Below are positions 62,411 through 64,000 of a stretch of DNA of 64,000 nt, piece after piece. The stretch covers positions 1 to 64,000 of the IMG/VR virus record IMGVR_UViG_3300027747_002221; one strand, 5' to 3'. Each line of letters opens with the position of its first letter. The first letter of the stretch is position 1. The position numbers were made by a program, and so were the translations under genes. Under the pieces are notes generated by a model. The model was not told the DNA's origin and made no database searches. It was given only the letters and a program-made list of their open reading frames with translations.

Positions 62411-63733
62411 CTAAGTAAATAAACCCATAAATCCATCTACAACTTCACCAATATATTCAATTTGTTCGGGTGTAATAACTGGACTTGTTCCATGGAAGAA
62501 TGTGTTTGTCATAACCATTGTTGCAATAGGGAAATTTGCTTTAGCATCTGCAGGATCCATAATATGAGAATACGCAGGTTGTAGCATAATATTACCAGCA
62601 AAATATGGCCTTGTCTGAATAAGTTTCTCTTCTAAGTATTCCACAATATCACTTCGTGTAAAAGGAGAACCTTTACGAATAGTTAAGGGGAATGCAAACC
62701 AACTGGGATCAGAATGTTCTTGTGGTCTAGGCAAATGGAAATACTCTTCATACTTACTATAGATATCAAATAACAATTTATAGTTACGTCTGCGTAGGAA
62801 ATGAATCTGATCTAATTTTTCTAGTTGAACTAATCCCATTGCTCCCTGCATTTCAATTGGTTTTAAATTATAACCAATTTCATCATACACATACTTGTGG
62901 TCAAATATTTCACCCGGCATTGTAGGAATCCATTCTTGGAATCGTTTACCGCAAGTACCACACTTTAGTTTGTTGGCTTCAGGACCTACACAATAACAAC
63001 CTCTGCCCCATTCTCTAAATGATCTAGCAATAACTTCTGTCTCATAAGTTTTACATGCTACAAATCCGCCCTCACCCATAGTCATATGATGTGCAGGATA
63101 AAAAGAACAAGATGCCATTTCACCAAATGATCCTAATGGCTTGCCGTCATAAGTACTACCTAAAGCATCACAACAATCTTCCAATAAGATTAAATCATAC
63201 TTATTAACTAATTCCATAACCCATCTCATATTAGGAGGATTGCCTAATACGTGAGCAAATGTAATTACCTTAATATTATGTTGCTTAATTAATTCTTCTG
63301 CTTTGGTTAAATCTAGATTAAGTGTGTCTAATTCAATGTCTAAAAATACAGGTTCAAACCCTAGTTGTAATGTAGGGTTTAGCGTTGTAGGAAATCCTGC
63401 GATTGGCATTAATACTTTAGTACCTTTAGGTAAATTATAACCTCTTTTAGAAGTCAATGTAGCCATCATAAGTAGATTGGAACTTGATCCTGAGTTTGTT
63501 AAGATACCGCGTTCTTTACCAAACTGTTTAGGGAATTCCTTCTCAAACTTTAATGACTTGTCCCCCATAACTAACCAACCATCGAGTAAAGTATCTATGA
63601 CAGACAAATACTCGTGTTCGTCAAAATAGGGGCCTGCGTAATTTACGAAATCTTTACCCGCAGTCCATGTCTTATTTGCTGCCTTATTCTGAAAATAAGC
63701 AGCTACACCATTAATGATATCTTGTTTATTCAT
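62411..63733 (-). CDS. rfbH: CDP-4-keto-6-deoxyglucose 3-dehydratase E1 (RfbH/DdhC)
   Basis: NSGSSSNL, EDCCDALG, SFYPAHH (His in place of the PLP Lys), GRGCYC...C.C iron-sulfur motif. Confidence 0.88.
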   Translation of the reverse strand: MNKQDIINGVAAYFQNKAANKTWTAGKDFVNYAGPYFDEHEYLSVIDTLLDGWLVMGDKSLKFEKEFPKQFGKERGILTNSGSSSNLLMMATLTSKRGYNLPKGTKVLMPIAGFPTTLNPTLQLGFEPVFLDIELDTLNLDLTKAEELIKQHNIKVITFAHVLGNPPNMRWVMELVNKYDLILLEDCCDALGSTYDGKPLGSFGEMASCSFYPAHHMTMGEGGFVACKTYETEVIARSFREWGRGCYCVGPEANKLKCGTCGKRFQEWIPTMPGEIFDHKYVYDEIGYNLKPIEMQGAMGLVQLEKLDQIHFLRRRNYKLLFDIYSKYEEYFHLPRPQEHSDPSWFAFPLTIRKGSPFTRSDIVEYLEEKLIQTRPYFAGNIMLQPAYSHIMDPADAKANFPIATMVMTNTFFHGTSPVITPEQIEYIGEVVDGFMGLFT

Positions 63734-63734
63734 A

Positions 63735-64000
63735 TTACCAGTATGCAAAATTAGTTTCTAAAAATTTATAATCCTCGCGCTTCTGCGCACTATCTATGGG
63801 CATAGGATACATCCAATGGTCATTGTACATATTATACCAACCTTTGTAACCATCAACCTTTGTCCATCTATATCCTAGTATACCAAAGAATATTTGTATA
63901 GCTCCACCCGTTTGAATACCTATTTTACCTTGTTGTTTAGCATAGTCTACATAAAAAGGAGACGATGTTGTTGCGCCAGAAAGTAAAACATCATAGTCAT
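63735..64000 (-). CDS. Glycan-related protein, C-terminal part (truncated by window edge)
   Basis: My translation ...GKIGIQTGGAIQIFFGILGYRW...HWMYP...ETNFAYW*; pattern seen in glycan-cluster hypotheticals. Confidence 0.5.
   Translation of the reverse strand, partial: DYDVLLSGATTSSPFYVDYAKQQGKIGIQTGGAIQIFFGILGYRWTKVDGYKGWYNMYNDHWMYPMPIDSAQKREDYKFLETNFAYW

Overview
This window is a 64 kb segment of a large, AT-rich T4-like (gp43/gp41/gp44-45-62/RegA) myophage genome, encoded almost entirely on the minus strand. No tools were run, so all family assignments are by motif recognition. From left to right it contains: (1) 1-13.2 kb, a tightly coupled operon of 5 radical SAM enzymes (3 with SPASM-like C-termini, 1 B12-dependent, 1 truncated by the window edge), 5 2OG-Fe(II) oxygenases, a JmjC/cupin and an SGNH hydrolase. 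These surround a 211-aa protein ending in VCHASCHSACHFARGRR and lie directly downstream of a collagen-like tail fibre. This is my best candidate for an undescribed system: RiPP-like post-translational modification of a virion protein. (2) 13-19 kb, structural and fibre genes. (3) 19.9-26.6 kb, six proteins sharing a T4 capsid-targeting-like N-terminus (MxxFxxF/YLxE), including an RNA-ligase-like protein, a HIGH-type nucleotidyltransferase and a PD-(D/E)xK-like protein. (4) 27.7-33.8 kb, an array of 27 tRNAs covering all 20 amino acids, with two structurally aberrant tRNAs (UAU with a long variable arm; CAU with a miniature D-arm). The array also holds four candidate structured ncRNAs, an RNAP omega homolog, a stand-alone HemA dimerization-like domain, GroES and a J-domain protein. 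(5) 36.9-49.7 kb, the T4-like replication core, with a ROSE-like element upstream of Hsp20. (6) 49.9-64 kb, a large glycan and nucleotide-sugar island including RfbH/DdhC and a split YerE-like TPP enzyme.
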